From: a virus
Lineage: Duplodnaviria; Heunggongvirae; Uroviricota; Caudoviricetes
Virus record (IMG/VR): IMGVR_UViG_2690316115_000020
Location: 1-23,060 of that record
Length of the DNA stretch: 23,060 nucleotides
Reading direction: 5' to 3' (one strand)
Made by a program: the position numbers and the translations under genes. The notes below the pieces were generated by a model. That model saw nothing but the letters and a program-made list of their open reading frames with translations, did no database searches and was not told the DNA's origin. Positions 8,799 through 18,752 of the stretch are shown here, piece after piece (the first letter of the stretch is position 1; the number at the start of each line of letters is the position of its first letter).

Positions 8799-9479
8799 TT
8801 AAAACAATGATCCAAGACCACCGATAATGCCGCCACCAATAGCGCCAACAGCCGTACCTATTCCTGGCACCACAGAGCCAATCATCGCCCCTGATGCCGC
8901 ACCGCTCATGGCACCTCCCAAGGCTGATTGCAGTCCTGATGGTCGGTTAGCATTAGCCGCAGATGCTGCCGCCTGCTGTTGATACAATTGGCTGACGTTG
9001 TTAGCGTAGTTCTGCCCGGCGTTTGCCTGACCTGTAAGAGCACCAAGGCCAATGTTTGCCAGATTGTTGTAGTTGTTCATCTGACCTGACAGCCAGTTTT
9101 GACCGAGTGTAGGTGCGATTGCTGCTAACTGGTTTCCTGTTGCTGTAGAGCCTAATCCACCCGTTGCCTCTGCTGCTGCCAGACTCTGATAGCGCGCCTG
9201 CCCTGCAAGGTCTTTATACTGCTGAGAGTTGTAATACTGGTTAAGAGCCTGACCTTGCCCCTGAAGAGAAGAAAGATTTTGCAACTGTGATACGTACTGC
9301 TGAGCGAGTGGCGTGAACGGTGCAAGGTTCTGCATGTTCGTTTGCCACATTTCACGCTGCAGTTCGATGCCCTTTTCAGTTGCGCGTGCCTGGGCTTTTG
9401 CTCCGCTATCACTGCCACCTCCACCTTTGCAGTACACAGCTTTGCTGAGGTGCTTATTGGCAATCTGGAAAATTAACAT
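8799..9479 (-). CDS. Ejection protein, P22 gp7 homolog
   Basis: 226 aa (P22 gp7 about 229 aa), Gly/Ala/Gln-rich low-complexity protein, in the conserved position between the gp14-like gene and gp20. The N-terminus overlaps the upstream gene by 26 nt, so the start may be slightly different. Confidence 0.7.
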   Translation of the reverse strand: MLIFQIANKHLSKAVYCKGGGGSDSGAKAQARATEKGIELQREMWQTNMQNLAPFTPLAQQYVSQLQNLSSLQGQGQALNQYYNSQQYKDLAGQARYQSLAAAEATGGLGSTATGNQLAAIAPTLGQNWLSGQMNNYNNLANIGLGALTGQANAGQNYANNVSQLYQQQAAASAANANRPSGLQSALGGAMSGAASGAMIGSVVPGIGTAVGAIGGGIIGGLGSLF

Positions 9480-9936
9480 TCTTTAGCTCCTCGTATTTTG
9501 AGCGCGGTAACTGATAAATCGTGATGCCTACAGGCTTTCCATTGCTGGTATAAGCATCATCAAGGTGACCAACACGGGTAGCGCCAAGCAAACGGATAAT
9601 TGCCCGTCCGTATTTCGTTGTGTCAGGAACCATGGTAATGCTGTTAAGGAATGGTGAGTTTTCGAGAAGCCATTTGCAGAATAATCGATGCCCTTGCAGT
9701 GCATATTCGCCACGGAATCCGGGGTCATACACCGCATGGCATTCCACAACGCTATGCCAGAAGTTACGCACTTCATGAACGCCAGCCAGCACTAATCCTT
9801 CGTAGATGCCGAGGTATACCGCATCAGGCTTGATGTAGTATTTATCTCCACTGTCTACAATATTTCCCGTGTTTGCCGGGTTGTTAAGGAATTCTGCAAG
9901 CTTCACCGGGTTATCGATGAGCTTTATTTCCATCAC
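9454..9936 (-). CDS. P22 gp14-like protein (assigned by position between tail needle and gp7)
   Basis: 160-aa ORF in the slot occupied by gene 14 in P22-like late operons. Start overlaps the tail-needle stop by 4 nt. No motif recognised by eye. Confidence 0.5.
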   Translation of the reverse strand: MMEIKLIDNPVKLAEFLNNPANTGNIVDSGDKYYIKPDAVYLGIYEGLVLAGVHEVRNFWHSVVECHAVYDPGFRGEYALQGHRLFCKWLLENSPFLNSITMVPDTTKYGRAIIRLLGATRVGHLDDAYTSNGKPVGITIYQLPRSKYEELKNVNFPDCQ

Positions 9937-10781
9937 TGCTCCGCAATGATTTTGATTGTTGTGGCAGTAAACGCCGCACCATTTGACTGAATGGTTAACG
10001 TACTGCCATTTGTGGCAAGAAAGCCGTCTTTATCCACGCTGAAGAACGTAGCTAACAGGATGTTATCGGTTGTTGTCGCCGAGTTACGACTGCTTACCAG
10101 CGTGTCAGGGACAGAGCCGGAAAAGGTTAGTTGCATTGACCTGTTGGCGGTTCCGCTGGGCCACGTACCGACGATCGACAGCTTGAAGAACAAGGTTTTG
10201 TTCTCGTTGAACACAACCATCTTGTTGTTAACGGTGTCGAAGAATGGTGCCAACGTGCCGGATGACGGCGTGAGCGTTTTCAGCAGGCTAACAAGATTGG
10301 TCGGCGCTGTCGGGATGGTTACAGATACGCCAGAGTAAACAACCTCTGACTTCTTGCGAGTAGTGGCATACTCCAGAGCATCGATGCGCGTTTCATGGTC
10401 TGAAAGCGTGTTTTGAATGGCGACAACTTCATCAGTCAGATACTCAATATCGTTTTCTGCTGTCGTTAATCGTGAATCAAGGCCGACTATCGCCGCTTCT
10501 GCGTTAGTGATCCTTGTTTCGTGGTCCTGAATCTTCGCTTCAGCCGATGCCAGTCGAATTTCGTGATCGACCAGAATCACATCCTGCTCATCGTTCCTGA
10601 CTTGTGCGTCATAAGCGCCCTGTCCGGCCTCGTTGGCCTTGTTCGCCACATTACCAACATCAGTACCCTGTGCGATAACGTACAGCAGATATGACTGCGA
10701 GAAGATATTACGCGGAAGGACTGATGTATCGAGCCGCGTAGCCTGAATGATTACCGGCTCATTGAGATTCGAATCAGCCAT
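9933..10781 (-). CDS. Tail needle (P22 gp26 homolog) with extended C-terminal domain
   Basis: 282 aa. N-terminus [67 protein letters not shown] matches the P22 gp26 N-terminus as recalled. It is followed by heptad coiled-coil repeats ([29 protein letters not shown]...HETRIDALE) and then ~130 aa of non-coiled-coil sequence. P22 gp26 is about 233 aa; Sf6-type needles with a C-terminal knob are about 282 aa. Confidence 0.9.
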   Translation of the reverse strand: MADSNLNEPVIIQATRLDTSVLPRNIFSQSYLLYVIAQGTDVGNVANKANEAGQGAYDAQVRNDEQDVILVDHEIRLASAEAKIQDHETRITNAEAAIVGLDSRLTTAENDIEYLTDEVVAIQNTLSDHETRIDALEYATTRKKSEVVYSGVSVTIPTAPTNLVSLLKTLTPSSGTLAPFFDTVNNKMVVFNENKTLFFKLSIVGTWPSGTANRSMQLTFSGSVPDTLVSSRNSATTTDNILLATFFSVDKDGFLATNGSTLTIQSNGAAFTATTIKIIAEQ

Positions 10782-12199
10782 TACTCAATCCTTATCTGAC
10801 AGCCAGACAGAGTGACAGGTGACTTCGTGATAACGCGCAATTTGAAGCCGACATTTTTCCTGATGCGCCCAACTCGCTTCCACAAAACGCGTTTGTCGTA
10901 AACGAACGGTTCATTCTGCTCAATCATCTGCTCACGACCATAATTGATGCCGTCAGTGGTTGCAGAGAGGAACAGGCGGTCGGCGTACTGCGCAACTCCA
11001 GTTGACGATTCAACTTCAAGGTCGAAAACTCTGGCGTTATCCGCTTTGAACAACGGAGTAAACAGCAGGTGTTCCTGTTGCTTGTCGTACTGGCTGCTGA
11101 TATCGAACTGCAATTTTCCTGTCATCGATTCAAGCTTATCGCCGCACGTTATCTGATTGCCTTCGTAAATGAAGTCGATAGCGCGGTACACATCGTCATA
11201 CAGGCCTGTTTTCAGCACACACCATTGCGGACCATTGGCACTTGAAGATGCGTCGTACACGAGAACATGGCGCGGAAGGTGGATAATCAGCAACTCATGC
11301 GCATCAAATCGCAACGATTCCATCACGCCATCAGCCAGTTCATCAGCAGTGTAGGAGCGGAGGATTTTCTCAATGCTCGCGCTGGCGATTGGTGACACCT
11401 GACCGGAGCCGATGATGTACACAGACGGCGCACCCGTTGCCGGGTTGCTGATGAACGCATAGGAATCAGCAAACGGCGTTTTGCAGTAAGTCCCGGCAAT
11501 GCCTTTCTGCACCATCAGCGATGGTTGTGCAACATACAAAGCGGCACCAACGGTGGTTGCCCCAGTCAGGGAAAAATATTCAATCGTCGATGAACCAAAG
11601 CAGACGATGAAGTCTCGCCATGTTCCGATTCCGATGATGCCGTCAGGCTGCGACTCGGCACGATATTGTGCGCTGTAACGGTCAGGATGCGATTCGTCTT
11701 CAAGGTCAGTGATGAACCATGAATCAGTTCCGTCTTTTGACCACGCATAACGGCCACGTAAGCGTGTAATGTCGCGAACCGAACCTAACTCATACTGCGT
11801 GAATCCGCTGTCTGTAGGCCAGTTTGAGACGGTTTTAACCGTGCCATCATAGCGATACTCAACCAGTTGACCATTAACGCCTACAGCCTGAGATGTTCGA
11901 CCATGCGCCATTGATACGCGACCACTTCCGGCGACGTCACCGACTTCGCTTTCGCCTTTGTAGAGCTTGCCGCCACACACACGATAGACAGCATTCTGCG
12001 CCATGTTGTACTCGACGCCGCGCGATACACCGTTCACATCAGAGCGTTTGGCAATGCCCGGGAATGAGCGAAGATATCCGCTGCTGTTCAGGATTTCTTT
12101 GGGGGTTGCCAACATATTCACTGGCAGATAGTCGATATAGTCGGCGTTTCGAAAGTCTTTGCCGACACCTTTCATAAGCGGAAGTTGCTGAATCGGCAT
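10781..12199 (-). CDS. Tail hub / head-completion protein, P22 gp10 homolog
   Basis: 472 aa (same length as P22 gp10); [49 protein letters not shown]... matches the P22 gp10 N-terminus from memory. Confidence 0.9.
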   Translation of the reverse strand: MPIQQLPLMKGVGKDFRNADYIDYLPVNMLATPKEILNSSGYLRSFPGIAKRSDVNGVSRGVEYNMAQNAVYRVCGGKLYKGESEVGDVAGSGRVSMAHGRTSQAVGVNGQLVEYRYDGTVKTVSNWPTDSGFTQYELGSVRDITRLRGRYAWSKDGTDSWFITDLEDESHPDRYSAQYRAESQPDGIIGIGTWRDFIVCFGSSTIEYFSLTGATTVGAALYVAQPSLMVQKGIAGTYCKTPFADSYAFISNPATGAPSVYIIGSGQVSPIASASIEKILRSYTADELADGVMESLRFDAHELLIIHLPRHVLVYDASSSANGPQWCVLKTGLYDDVYRAIDFIYEGNQITCGDKLESMTGKLQFDISSQYDKQQEHLLFTPLFKADNARVFDLEVESSTGVAQYADRLFLSATTDGINYGREQMIEQNEPFVYDKRVLWKRVGRIRKNVGFKLRVITKSPVTLSGCQIRIE

Positions 12200-12208
12200 T
12201 TATTCACC

Positions 12209-12670
12209 TCACGTACTCGGATCATCTTTCTCGATGTAAAACCGATTCCACGTAAACGCGCTTTTGTTACCACTACCGCGAGGCATGTCATTTCTCCGCT
12301 CAAGTGGTGGTATTTTGGTTAAAGCGATACAGATTGTCTGATATGCACTGTCAGCAGCGGTAAGGAGAGCGTCTGACGGCTGAATGACGTTATCCATGCA
12401 CACTTGCACAGCGAGTTTCAAAGCGACGCCATCATTTGCCCATGCAGGGATACCTGAATCATCGTCAGGTAACGGCATGATGCCGTTTTCTGTATCAGCA
12501 AACTGATATCCAAGCTCGATACCTTTAGCCTGCCATGCTGCCATCATGTCTTCGAGGTCATTAATGGCATCTTCAATTGCCTGAGGGTCAGCATCTGTCA
12601 ACGTGGCATTGGAATACAGCCCGGCTTTTCGTAAAGCCTTAAGAACGAGATCACCCTTCGTTTTCGCCAT
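12209..12670 (-). CDS. Tail adaptor / head-completion protein, P22 gp4 homolog
   Basis: 153 aa; MAKTKGDLVLKALRKAGLYSNATLTDADPQAIEDAINDLEDMMAAW matches the recalled P22 gp4 pattern (TKGDLV..ALRK.G..S.ATLTD..PQ...DA..DLE.MMA.W). Confidence 0.85.
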   Translation of the reverse strand: MAKTKGDLVLKALRKAGLYSNATLTDADPQAIEDAINDLEDMMAAWQAKGIELGYQFADTENGIMPLPDDDSGIPAWANDGVALKLAVQVCMDNVIQPSDALLTAADSAYQTICIALTKIPPLERRNDMPRGSGNKSAFTWNRFYIEKDDPST

Positions 12671-12839
12671 CTTCTTCCGCCTTAGCCACTTTATGCTTCG
12701 TTGCGGTTTCTTCAGGAGTTTTTACCCAGCCTTTTTTCAGGTGAGATTTAACTTCTTCGTCATCAACAATGATGTAATCGACAGCAAACTGACCACAGGT
12801 GATCATGTTGCCAGGCTTATAGAGCATTGTTCGTGCCAT
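12651..12839 (-). CDS. Small hypothetical protein (62 aa) between coat and gp4-like genes
   Basis: ATG at 12839-12837 preceded by GGGAGAAG (minus strand), giving MARTMLYKPGNMITCGQFAVDYIIVDDEEVK...EEDGENEG. The 74-aa version in the ORF track starts at a GTG inside the upstream terminator hairpin and is probably an over-extension. The 3' end overlaps the gp4-like start by 20 nt. Confidence 0.55.
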   Translation of the reverse strand: MARTMLYKPGNMITCGQFAVDYIIVDDEEVKSHLKKGWVKTPEETATKHKVAKAEEDGENEG

Positions 12840-12850
12840 TGTCTTCTCCC

Positions 12851-12875
12851 AATAAAAATGGGGCCGTAGCCCCAC
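12851..12875 (-). terminator. Rho-independent terminator immediately downstream of the coat gene
   Basis: Minus strand, 4 nt after the coat stop: GGGGC-TACG-GCCCC hairpin (extendable by a T-A and a G-U pair; plus coordinates 12860-12873) followed by TTTTTATT, then the RBS of the next small ORF. Confidence 0.6.
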
Positions 12876-12880
12876 CTAAA

Positions 12881-14134
12881 TTACTGCCCGGCAATAACGA
12901 TGCCCGTATATTCAGGAACAAGTACAGAGCAACCGTACAGAGTGGTGAAACGAGCAGTGGTTACGCCTTTGATGTGGTCGAAGGCGTAAGACATGATCAG
13001 CGTAGCGCCCTGCTCGGTGGTTGCTGTCATTACCTGTGGCCCCTGACCAGTCGGGAATGCCAGTTTGCCGTACATCAGTTCAACAGAACCATCAGCCCAG
13101 AACAGGTTAGCCGGTGCTGCGTTCTTGTTGAGAATGGTGATTGCTGCTGATTCTGCCGGTTTGGCATCGACGTTTGCATATGGACGACTCGCAACATCAG
13201 TATTTTCAACAGGGAGAATCTTTGGAGAAATTGTTACGGTAGTTCCGCTAACAGCCAGAACACGGAATACCTGCGGTTGACCGGTGGTATCTTTTGTGAT
13301 CTGGTGTACGGAATTCACACCGGCAATGGTGAACGCATCACCAACCTGCAAGCCAGATGCAGATACCGTAATAGTCCCCTGTCGGTTATCAACTGGCATA
13401 CCATTTGAATCTTTCGCTTCAACCTTGTGTTCAGGTTGGCCTGATACTGTCAAGGATTCAGTGCTTCCTTTCGGTAATCGACCAGAAATATCGGTCTTGT
13501 AGCTATCAAAGGAAGCAACCTGAGGGATCTGCGCTTTTTCGTATGCTGTCAGGGTTGCGCCCTGAGCATAGGCACGGTGACCAAGCTCGCCAGCAAGGTC
13601 TTTGTAGTTGAAGGGGTTCCAGAAAGAGCGACGGTTGATACCCTGCGGTACACCTATCGCCGTCATGGTGGCATCAATACCTGCCGCACAGTTCCACAAA
13701 TCACGGCCCTGTGTACCTGTGGTTGAGTCAGCCATCGTGATCACGTTAGTAGCACGCTGCGTGACCATGGAAATCAGGTCAGAGTCAATCTGTGCAGCAA
13801 GGCGCATACCTGCGGCTCGACCAGCCTCAGTTTTATGTTCCGGGTCACGCATTTCACGCGCATCCAGAGTGTACAGAATGTTTTTCGGCTCCTTGAACAC
13901 AGAAGGAACAAGGCGCTGAACCAGTGCGGTAGGCGTTTTGCTGCTGAGATCGAGGCCTTCCTCAATGTTCATGTGGTAATGCTGCGGGCGATACAGAACA
14001 TCACCTGCTCGCTGCATTGCTGTATCACCGGGACGGAATTTTTTAGCGTTACGGGAAACTACGCAGGCGGCCTCAAAGCCTTCAACGTAGTTTTCGAACA
14101 TGATTTCAAGGTCTTTTGCTAATTGGTTAGCCAT
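12881..14134 (-). CDS. Major capsid (coat) protein, P22 gp5 / Sf6-type
   Basis: 417 aa (P22 coat about 430 aa). Position after scaffold and before gp4 fits. Scattered motif agreement with recalled P22 coat (AKKFRPGDTAMQR ~ AKKYTPPAASMQR; FWADGS ~ FWADDA). Confidence 0.85.
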   Translation of the reverse strand: MANQLAKDLEIMFENYVEGFEAACVVSRNAKKFRPGDTAMQRAGDVLYRPQHYHMNIEEGLDLSSKTPTALVQRLVPSVFKEPKNILYTLDAREMRDPEHKTEAGRAAGMRLAAQIDSDLISMVTQRATNVITMADSTTGTQGRDLWNCAAGIDATMTAIGVPQGINRRSFWNPFNYKDLAGELGHRAYAQGATLTAYEKAQIPQVASFDSYKTDISGRLPKGSTESLTVSGQPEHKVEAKDSNGMPVDNRQGTITVSASGLQVGDAFTIAGVNSVHQITKDTTGQPQVFRVLAVSGTTVTISPKILPVENTDVASRPYANVDAKPAESAAITILNKNAAPANLFWADGSVELMYGKLAFPTGQGPQVMTATTEQGATLIMSYAFDHIKGVTTARFTTLYGCSVLVPEYTGIVIAGQ

Positions 14135-14152
14135 GCTTAATGCTCCGATAGG

Positions 14153-15046
14153 TTATTTTTTTGCCTTTTTAGCGGCGAAATACGGCGTCCAGTCACCAGT
14201 TTCCAGCACCTTGGCTTTCAATTTGTCGAGGTTGTTGATTACTGCGCCGTTGCTCCCCTTAACTGTCGGGGTTGTGGCTGCCGTGGTTTTTGCTTTTGGC
14301 ATGATTCTGGCCTTCGATTCGATACGTTCCAGCAGACGACCAATTGCTACGGGGTTGGTAGCTTCTGCCAGTTGCTTGCGCAGTTCAGCGTTGCGACCGA
14401 GTGCCAGAACAACGATTTCCGGCTTCTCTGACTCAAACAGGATCGCGTTTTGTGTCTCGATGGGAATTTCCTCGAGTACGGCCTGCTCAGCTTCCTGATA
14501 GCCAGGAACTTTGAGAGCCTTAACACGTTGCTGATATTTGGATAATCGCTCTTGATAGGCAGCCTGAAGCTCCTGCTCCTTCTGCTTGCGAGCCATCTCC
14601 TGTTGCTGGTACTTTCCGTTATCCTCTGCCCACTTAGCCATGCGTTGCTGATAGATTTCTTCATCGAAACCGATGTCCTCATCATCCAGTTTTGGCATTC
14701 GCGGTGGTTGAGTGATTACCGGCTGCTGCTCGACGGGTTTCTGAGACTGACGCATCAGCTCTTTCAGCTCGCGGTCTTTCTCTTTAATCGTCTTGCGCAG
14801 GTGTTTTACCAGTCCATGCTCTGCGCTATCTTCGCTGGTTGGCGAATCCAGCTTTTCGTCACCAAAGTAGAATTCCTGTTCTGATTCGTCGTCATCAGTT
14901 TCAGTAGCTTCCTCTGCATCATTGCCGGAGGACTCACTGCCATCTTCTGTTTCGACTTCTTCAGCCAGTTCGACATCATCAGGAATCTGCTCTGACGCGT
15001 CGGTTTCGATTTCAACTTCTGGTGTGTTTTCTGCCATCTGGTCCAT
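14153..15046 (-). CDS. Scaffolding protein, P22 gp8-like
   Basis: 297 aa (P22 gp8 about 303 aa), highly acidic N-terminus (EVEIETDASEQIPDDVELAEEVETEDGSESSGNDAEEATETDDDESEQE), helical charged middle and basic C-terminus. Lies between the portal and coat genes. Confidence 0.8.
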   Translation of the reverse strand: MDQMAENTPEVEIETDASEQIPDDVELAEEVETEDGSESSGNDAEEATETDDDESEQEFYFGDEKLDSPTSEDSAEHGLVKHLRKTIKEKDRELKELMRQSQKPVEQQPVITQPPRMPKLDDEDIGFDEEIYQQRMAKWAEDNGKYQQQEMARKQKEQELQAAYQERLSKYQQRVKALKVPGYQEAEQAVLEEIPIETQNAILFESEKPEIVVLALGRNAELRKQLAEATNPVAIGRLLERIESKARIMPKAKTTAATTPTVKGSNGAVINNLDKLKAKVLETGDWTPYFAAKKAKK

Positions 15047-15136
15047 TTGTTACCCCTGTTTACTCGATGTTCAGCCCATCGGAAGGCAATAGGGTGCCTG
15101 GCCTCATAAAGACAGCCATTGCACGTTATGGGTTAA

Positions 15137-17335
15137 TTACTGCTGTGGTTGTTGCTGAGTTGATTTTTGCAGGATGCTGCTGATGTCCATGCGCTGCGCA
15201 TGGCCCTGTGCCTGACTTTTCAGGACAAGCTCTGCATCAGCACGGGCATTGTCTCCTTGCTGTTGCTGGAACTGTCCGAGCAGTTTCAGAGCCTCGCGGA
15301 TATCAGATTTCTGCTGGCTATCGGCAGATGCGAGGATTTTCACAACGTTTGCCGCTGCAACCTGAGCATCAGTCTGTGCCTGGAATGCTTTAACCTGAAT
15401 GGCTGCCTGTTCGTTCTGCGCTTTCTGCAATTCAGCCTGACCAGCAAGAAGCTGACCTTGCGCTGCAACCATAGCCGGATCTGGCTGACTGGCCTGTTGT
15501 TGTTTCGCCTGTTCAACCATCTGCTGTTCTTCAGGCGTTCTCGGCTTGATAACTCCAGACAGAAGCAACTGATTGCGGTTGTATTCTTTCAGGTCGTCCA
15601 TCCCTTCGCCGTCCATATTGTCGAGAATCATCGACGATACAAGGTCGTGCTTCGGCGTTCCTGGTGGGATAAGTGCCAGCATGGAAAGTAACGACTTAAC
15701 CGTTGCATCACGGCGAGTAGCGAACGACTGACCGACATCGACAGTCACTTCATAGTTACCCTGCGAAAGGTCATTAAGCGCGATAACCTGCCCTGTCTGA
15801 CGGTCAACCACTTCACCAGTCATCAGCGCCACGTCATCGCTGCCGTCCTCATTAACGATACGCATCGGCGTATCACTGCCATAGACCTCACGCGCCATAG
15901 AAAGCCACACAACGCCAGCGCGACGCATGGATTTAGCCATGTTGTCCATGTAGATATAGGACTGCGTATCCATCCGGTTAAAGATGCTATCAACGGTATC
16001 GGTGGCGACGTTGCTCGGCATGTTCTCAAGCTGCGACGCACCTGTAATTTGCTGAATAGCCGTTCCGGTGTACTGCAATAGCCCGGCAAGAGCTGGAGGC
16101 ATTTGTGTCGGAGGCGTATAACTGCTGACCTGAGCCTGCGCAGTAATATCTCCGTTTTTGTTTTTCAGACTGACCATCGGCAGGAACGCCGGGCGCTTTT
16201 TGTTGCGCTCCGCCCAATGAGTGGCGAGAGGACCAGGAATCATGTCAACATCAACTACAGGAATGCCATCACCGCCAGCCTGAGTGGCGTTATCTGCAAT
16301 CATGGAAACCATCAGGTTCTCAAGACGCTGTGCATCCATCGCTTTTGCTGCGTGGCCTTCGATTCGCTCCTGATTATCAACAAATGAGCGACGCCCATAT
16401 ACCGGGATGAGAGGAATATGTTCGCCCGGAATACGCTTCGGTTCTTCCAGCCATTCAGCGCCAGACAGAAGACCGCAATAAACGCGGCGCTTCTTCACCG
16501 TTCGCTCGCCAATCAGTTCGAATGCACCATCGGTCAGCTCGTCGACAATATCTTTGATTTGATCTTCATCATAGATTGCCGTTTCTCCGCTAACAGGGTT
16601 ACGCCATGCTGTGAGCTTCACCTTCTCTATGCGAACTTCGTAGTAGCGACCAACATAGATAGCATCAGGAGTTGACCAGTCATATTGAGTGCCAGTGTCA
16701 TCACGAGAAAGGCTTGCCGCGATGGAATCAGGGTATTCAGCCTCGAACGCTTTAGGCGTCATGGAGAACATTTCCATAGCCCACATAGCATCGGAGCGGT
16801 CATATTGCTTGCTGTCCTGATCGAAGAAGACGCATATCGCTGGGTCGTAAACAGGAAGAAGGCTGATGCGTCGCTGCTCGTTACTCGGATCCATTTCATC
16901 TTCGTAATCGGCACACATGCGGAAACAACCGAATCCGCCCGTTACAGCATCATCAAATGCGTTATCACACGCTTCACCACCGGATGTTTCCTGATAGTCA
17001 GCGCGGAATTTGCCGTTCATCTTTTCGGCTAACGCTTCCGATGCCTTATCGTCCTTCGGCCTGAATTTAACGCTGATGCGATTCTGTCGATACTCGCCAA
17101 TGATGCGATCACATTCACGGGCAATCTTATTTAGTTCAAAGCGCGGGTAATGCTCAAACCTGCCTTCATCAAATGAGTAACCAGCGTTTGTGCTGCCTTC
17201 CCACTGTGCGCCGGACACCCGGACGAAACGTTGAGCCTCAATAATCTGCTCACGCATATCCTGCGTTGCTGACCAGGCATTATCAAAGTTGCACAGCACC
17301 TTGCGATGCCAGTCAGTCATCTTTTTTTCTGCCAT
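15137..17335 (-). CDS. Portal protein, P22 gp1 homolog
   Basis: 732 aa (P22 portal about 725 aa). Segments matching recalled P22 portal: GEHIPLIPVYG, PRTPEEQQ, DPAMVAAQGQLLAGQAELQKAQN, DNARADAELVLK, QRMDISSILQ, ending in a glutamine-rich C-terminal barrel-like tail. Confidence 0.9.
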   Translation of the reverse strand: MAEKKMTDWHRKVLCNFDNAWSATQDMREQIIEAQRFVRVSGAQWEGSTNAGYSFDEGRFEHYPRFELNKIARECDRIIGEYRQNRISVKFRPKDDKASEALAEKMNGKFRADYQETSGGEACDNAFDDAVTGGFGCFRMCADYEDEMDPSNEQRRISLLPVYDPAICVFFDQDSKQYDRSDAMWAMEMFSMTPKAFEAEYPDSIAASLSRDDTGTQYDWSTPDAIYVGRYYEVRIEKVKLTAWRNPVSGETAIYDEDQIKDIVDELTDGAFELIGERTVKKRRVYCGLLSGAEWLEEPKRIPGEHIPLIPVYGRRSFVDNQERIEGHAAKAMDAQRLENLMVSMIADNATQAGGDGIPVVDVDMIPGPLATHWAERNKKRPAFLPMVSLKNKNGDITAQAQVSSYTPPTQMPPALAGLLQYTGTAIQQITGASQLENMPSNVATDTVDSIFNRMDTQSYIYMDNMAKSMRRAGVVWLSMAREVYGSDTPMRIVNEDGSDDVALMTGEVVDRQTGQVIALNDLSQGNYEVTVDVGQSFATRRDATVKSLLSMLALIPPGTPKHDLVSSMILDNMDGEGMDDLKEYNRNQLLLSGVIKPRTPEEQQMVEQAKQQQASQPDPAMVAAQGQLLAGQAELQKAQNEQAAIQVKAFQAQTDAQVAAANVVKILASADSQQKSDIREALKLLGQFQQQQGDNARADAELVLKSQAQGHAQRMDISSILQKSTQQQPQQ

Positions 17336-17336
17336 A

Positions 17337-18752
17337 TCAACCTACACCACAAGGAATTGAGTAACTGGAATAGTCGGTTTGCGCAGCCGACTCCGGGCAA
17401 TGCATACACATCATCAACGCATCAGCCAGGTTAGGAGATGGGATCCCGAGCTTTTGCTTCATTTCGACCTTAGTCATAAGCTCCAGCTTCCCGTTGTTAT
17501 TGAATTTGCGCTGAATCTGCGTCAGTTCTGCAAACAGCTTCTCCAGCATCTTCTCGCCTATCGCTTCTTTGTCGAAACTCAGCATGTCGTCGGGGTCTGC
17601 ATACTCACCGTGGGCAACCGCCCGATATGTCAGATACAGCCTGTCAGCCAGCGCGTAATAGAATTGCGCTCGCTTATTGCGGAATACATCGCCAATAGTG
17701 CGAACGTTGTCGCCCTGTACGACTTCATCAGCCCATGCTCCGGCCTGATACGGAGCATCTTCATCGAATGGCGATTCGCTGCCCTTAAACATCGTGGCGG
17801 TGATTTTCTTACCGGAGAATGCTTCCGTTGTCTGTCTGCGTAGCCCGGCACCAACGCCATCGCCATCCCACAGGTAGTGGTCAGCGCCGTCTTCAATCGC
17901 CAGAGAAGTAGCCCAGTCAGCACCCTCGTTGATGTCCATCAGTAGACCTTCGGCAATGCGCTTAACCACCGAACCGTGACGCGATGCATAACCTTTAGCA
18001 TCTGGCCCTGTATCTGATGGGTCATGCGCAGAGACAACAGCGCCTTTCGCTTTCCATCCGAGTTTCTTGTGCGCATCGGTAGCAGCTTCAAGCCATTCAC
18101 GTTTGATGATTGCCATATCACTTGCGCTTACCGGCTCACCAAGCCAGATGTGACGATACAGTGTCGGATTTCTGCGTTTGCACTCTTCCATCTCCAGACA
18201 GAGAACTTCAGGAAAATGCGGGTTGTCGGTGTAGTTCACCGTCAGCAGGCAAATATCATCGGGAGGATTTACAACGAATCGCTGATAGGTATCGTCGAGG
18301 ATGTTCTTCGGGTTAAAGCTCACCCATATTTCAGAGAACGGCTTGCGGATGGTTGGTATCAGGATATCCCACGATTCCTTTGTTACCGCTTCCGCTTCTT
18401 CCACCCAGCAGATATCAATGCCTTCGAGCGATTTAATCTTCGTCGGGTTGTTTTTGATGCCGTAGAACATGAACTCAGCATTCGTTCCGAGATGACGAAT
18501 CATGGAACGCTGAATTTCAAACTCAGCCGAATACCCCTCCCGCTCTATGGTGTCTTCAAGCAACCGGATTACTGAATCGCTGATACTGTTTTGCAGTTCA
18601 CGAGCGCAGAGAATACGCACAGGCTGCCGACGCGCCGCTTCAACAAGAAGCCTCGCAATTGCCCATGACTTACCGCTACCTCGACCGCCTTTGGCGACTT
18701 TGTAGCGATGCGCCTCAATGAACGGTTCAAAGATAGGATTAATCGAGGTCAT
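17337..18752 (-). CDS. Terminase large subunit
   Basis: 471 aa; Walker A KGGRGSGKSW near the N-terminus (MTSINPIFEPFIEAHRYKVAKGGRGSGKSWAIARLL...). Size and N-terminus match Sf6-type large terminase as recalled. Start overlaps the small-subunit stop by 4 nt. Confidence 0.9.
   Translation of the reverse strand: MTSINPIFEPFIEAHRYKVAKGGRGSGKSWAIARLLVEAARRQPVRILCARELQNSISDSVIRLLEDTIEREGYSAEFEIQRSMIRHLGTNAEFMFYGIKNNPTKIKSLEGIDICWVEEAEAVTKESWDILIPTIRKPFSEIWVSFNPKNILDDTYQRFVVNPPDDICLLTVNYTDNPHFPEVLCLEMEECKRRNPTLYRHIWLGEPVSASDMAIIKREWLEAATDAHKKLGWKAKGAVVSAHDPSDTGPDAKGYASRHGSVVKRIAEGLLMDINEGADWATSLAIEDGADHYLWDGDGVGAGLRRQTTEAFSGKKITATMFKGSESPFDEDAPYQAGAWADEVVQGDNVRTIGDVFRNKRAQFYYALADRLYLTYRAVAHGEYADPDDMLSFDKEAIGEKMLEKLFAELTQIQRKFNNNGKLELMTKVEMKQKLGIPSPNLADALMMCMHCPESAAQTDYSSYSIPCGVG

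Noticed and set aside
8799-8900. Gly-rich stretch near the gp7-like N-terminus (CKGGGGSDSG) as a possible lipobox or signal
   Set aside because: No hydrophobic signal peptide precedes the Cys and the lipobox consensus is not met; more likely a flexible linker or overlap artefact from an uncertain start.
9152-9463. 103-aa minus-strand ORF overlapping the gp7-like gene in another frame (and similar overlaps at 7589-7903, 8093-8395, 8498-8698, 9528-9776)
   Set aside because: Alternative frames inside conserved ejection genes; Arg/Cys-rich translations typical of out-of-frame reading; no start-site support.
12651-12875. 74-aa version of the small ORF starting at GTG 12875
   Set aside because: The N-terminal extension reads through the coat-gene terminator hairpin; the internal ATG at 12839 has a proper GGGAGAAG Shine-Dalgarno, so the shorter 62-aa ORF is preferred.
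15167-15691. 174-aa plus-strand ORF antisense to the portal gene (also 16103-16387, 16418-16675, 16685-17032)
   Set aside because: Embedded antisense frames within the portal gene; Cys/Leu-rich low-complexity translations; no support.
17379-18575. Plus-strand ORFs (154 aa, 183 aa, 68 aa) antisense to the large terminase gene
   Set aside because: Antisense to a CDS with a clear Walker A motif and conserved length; no independent evidence.
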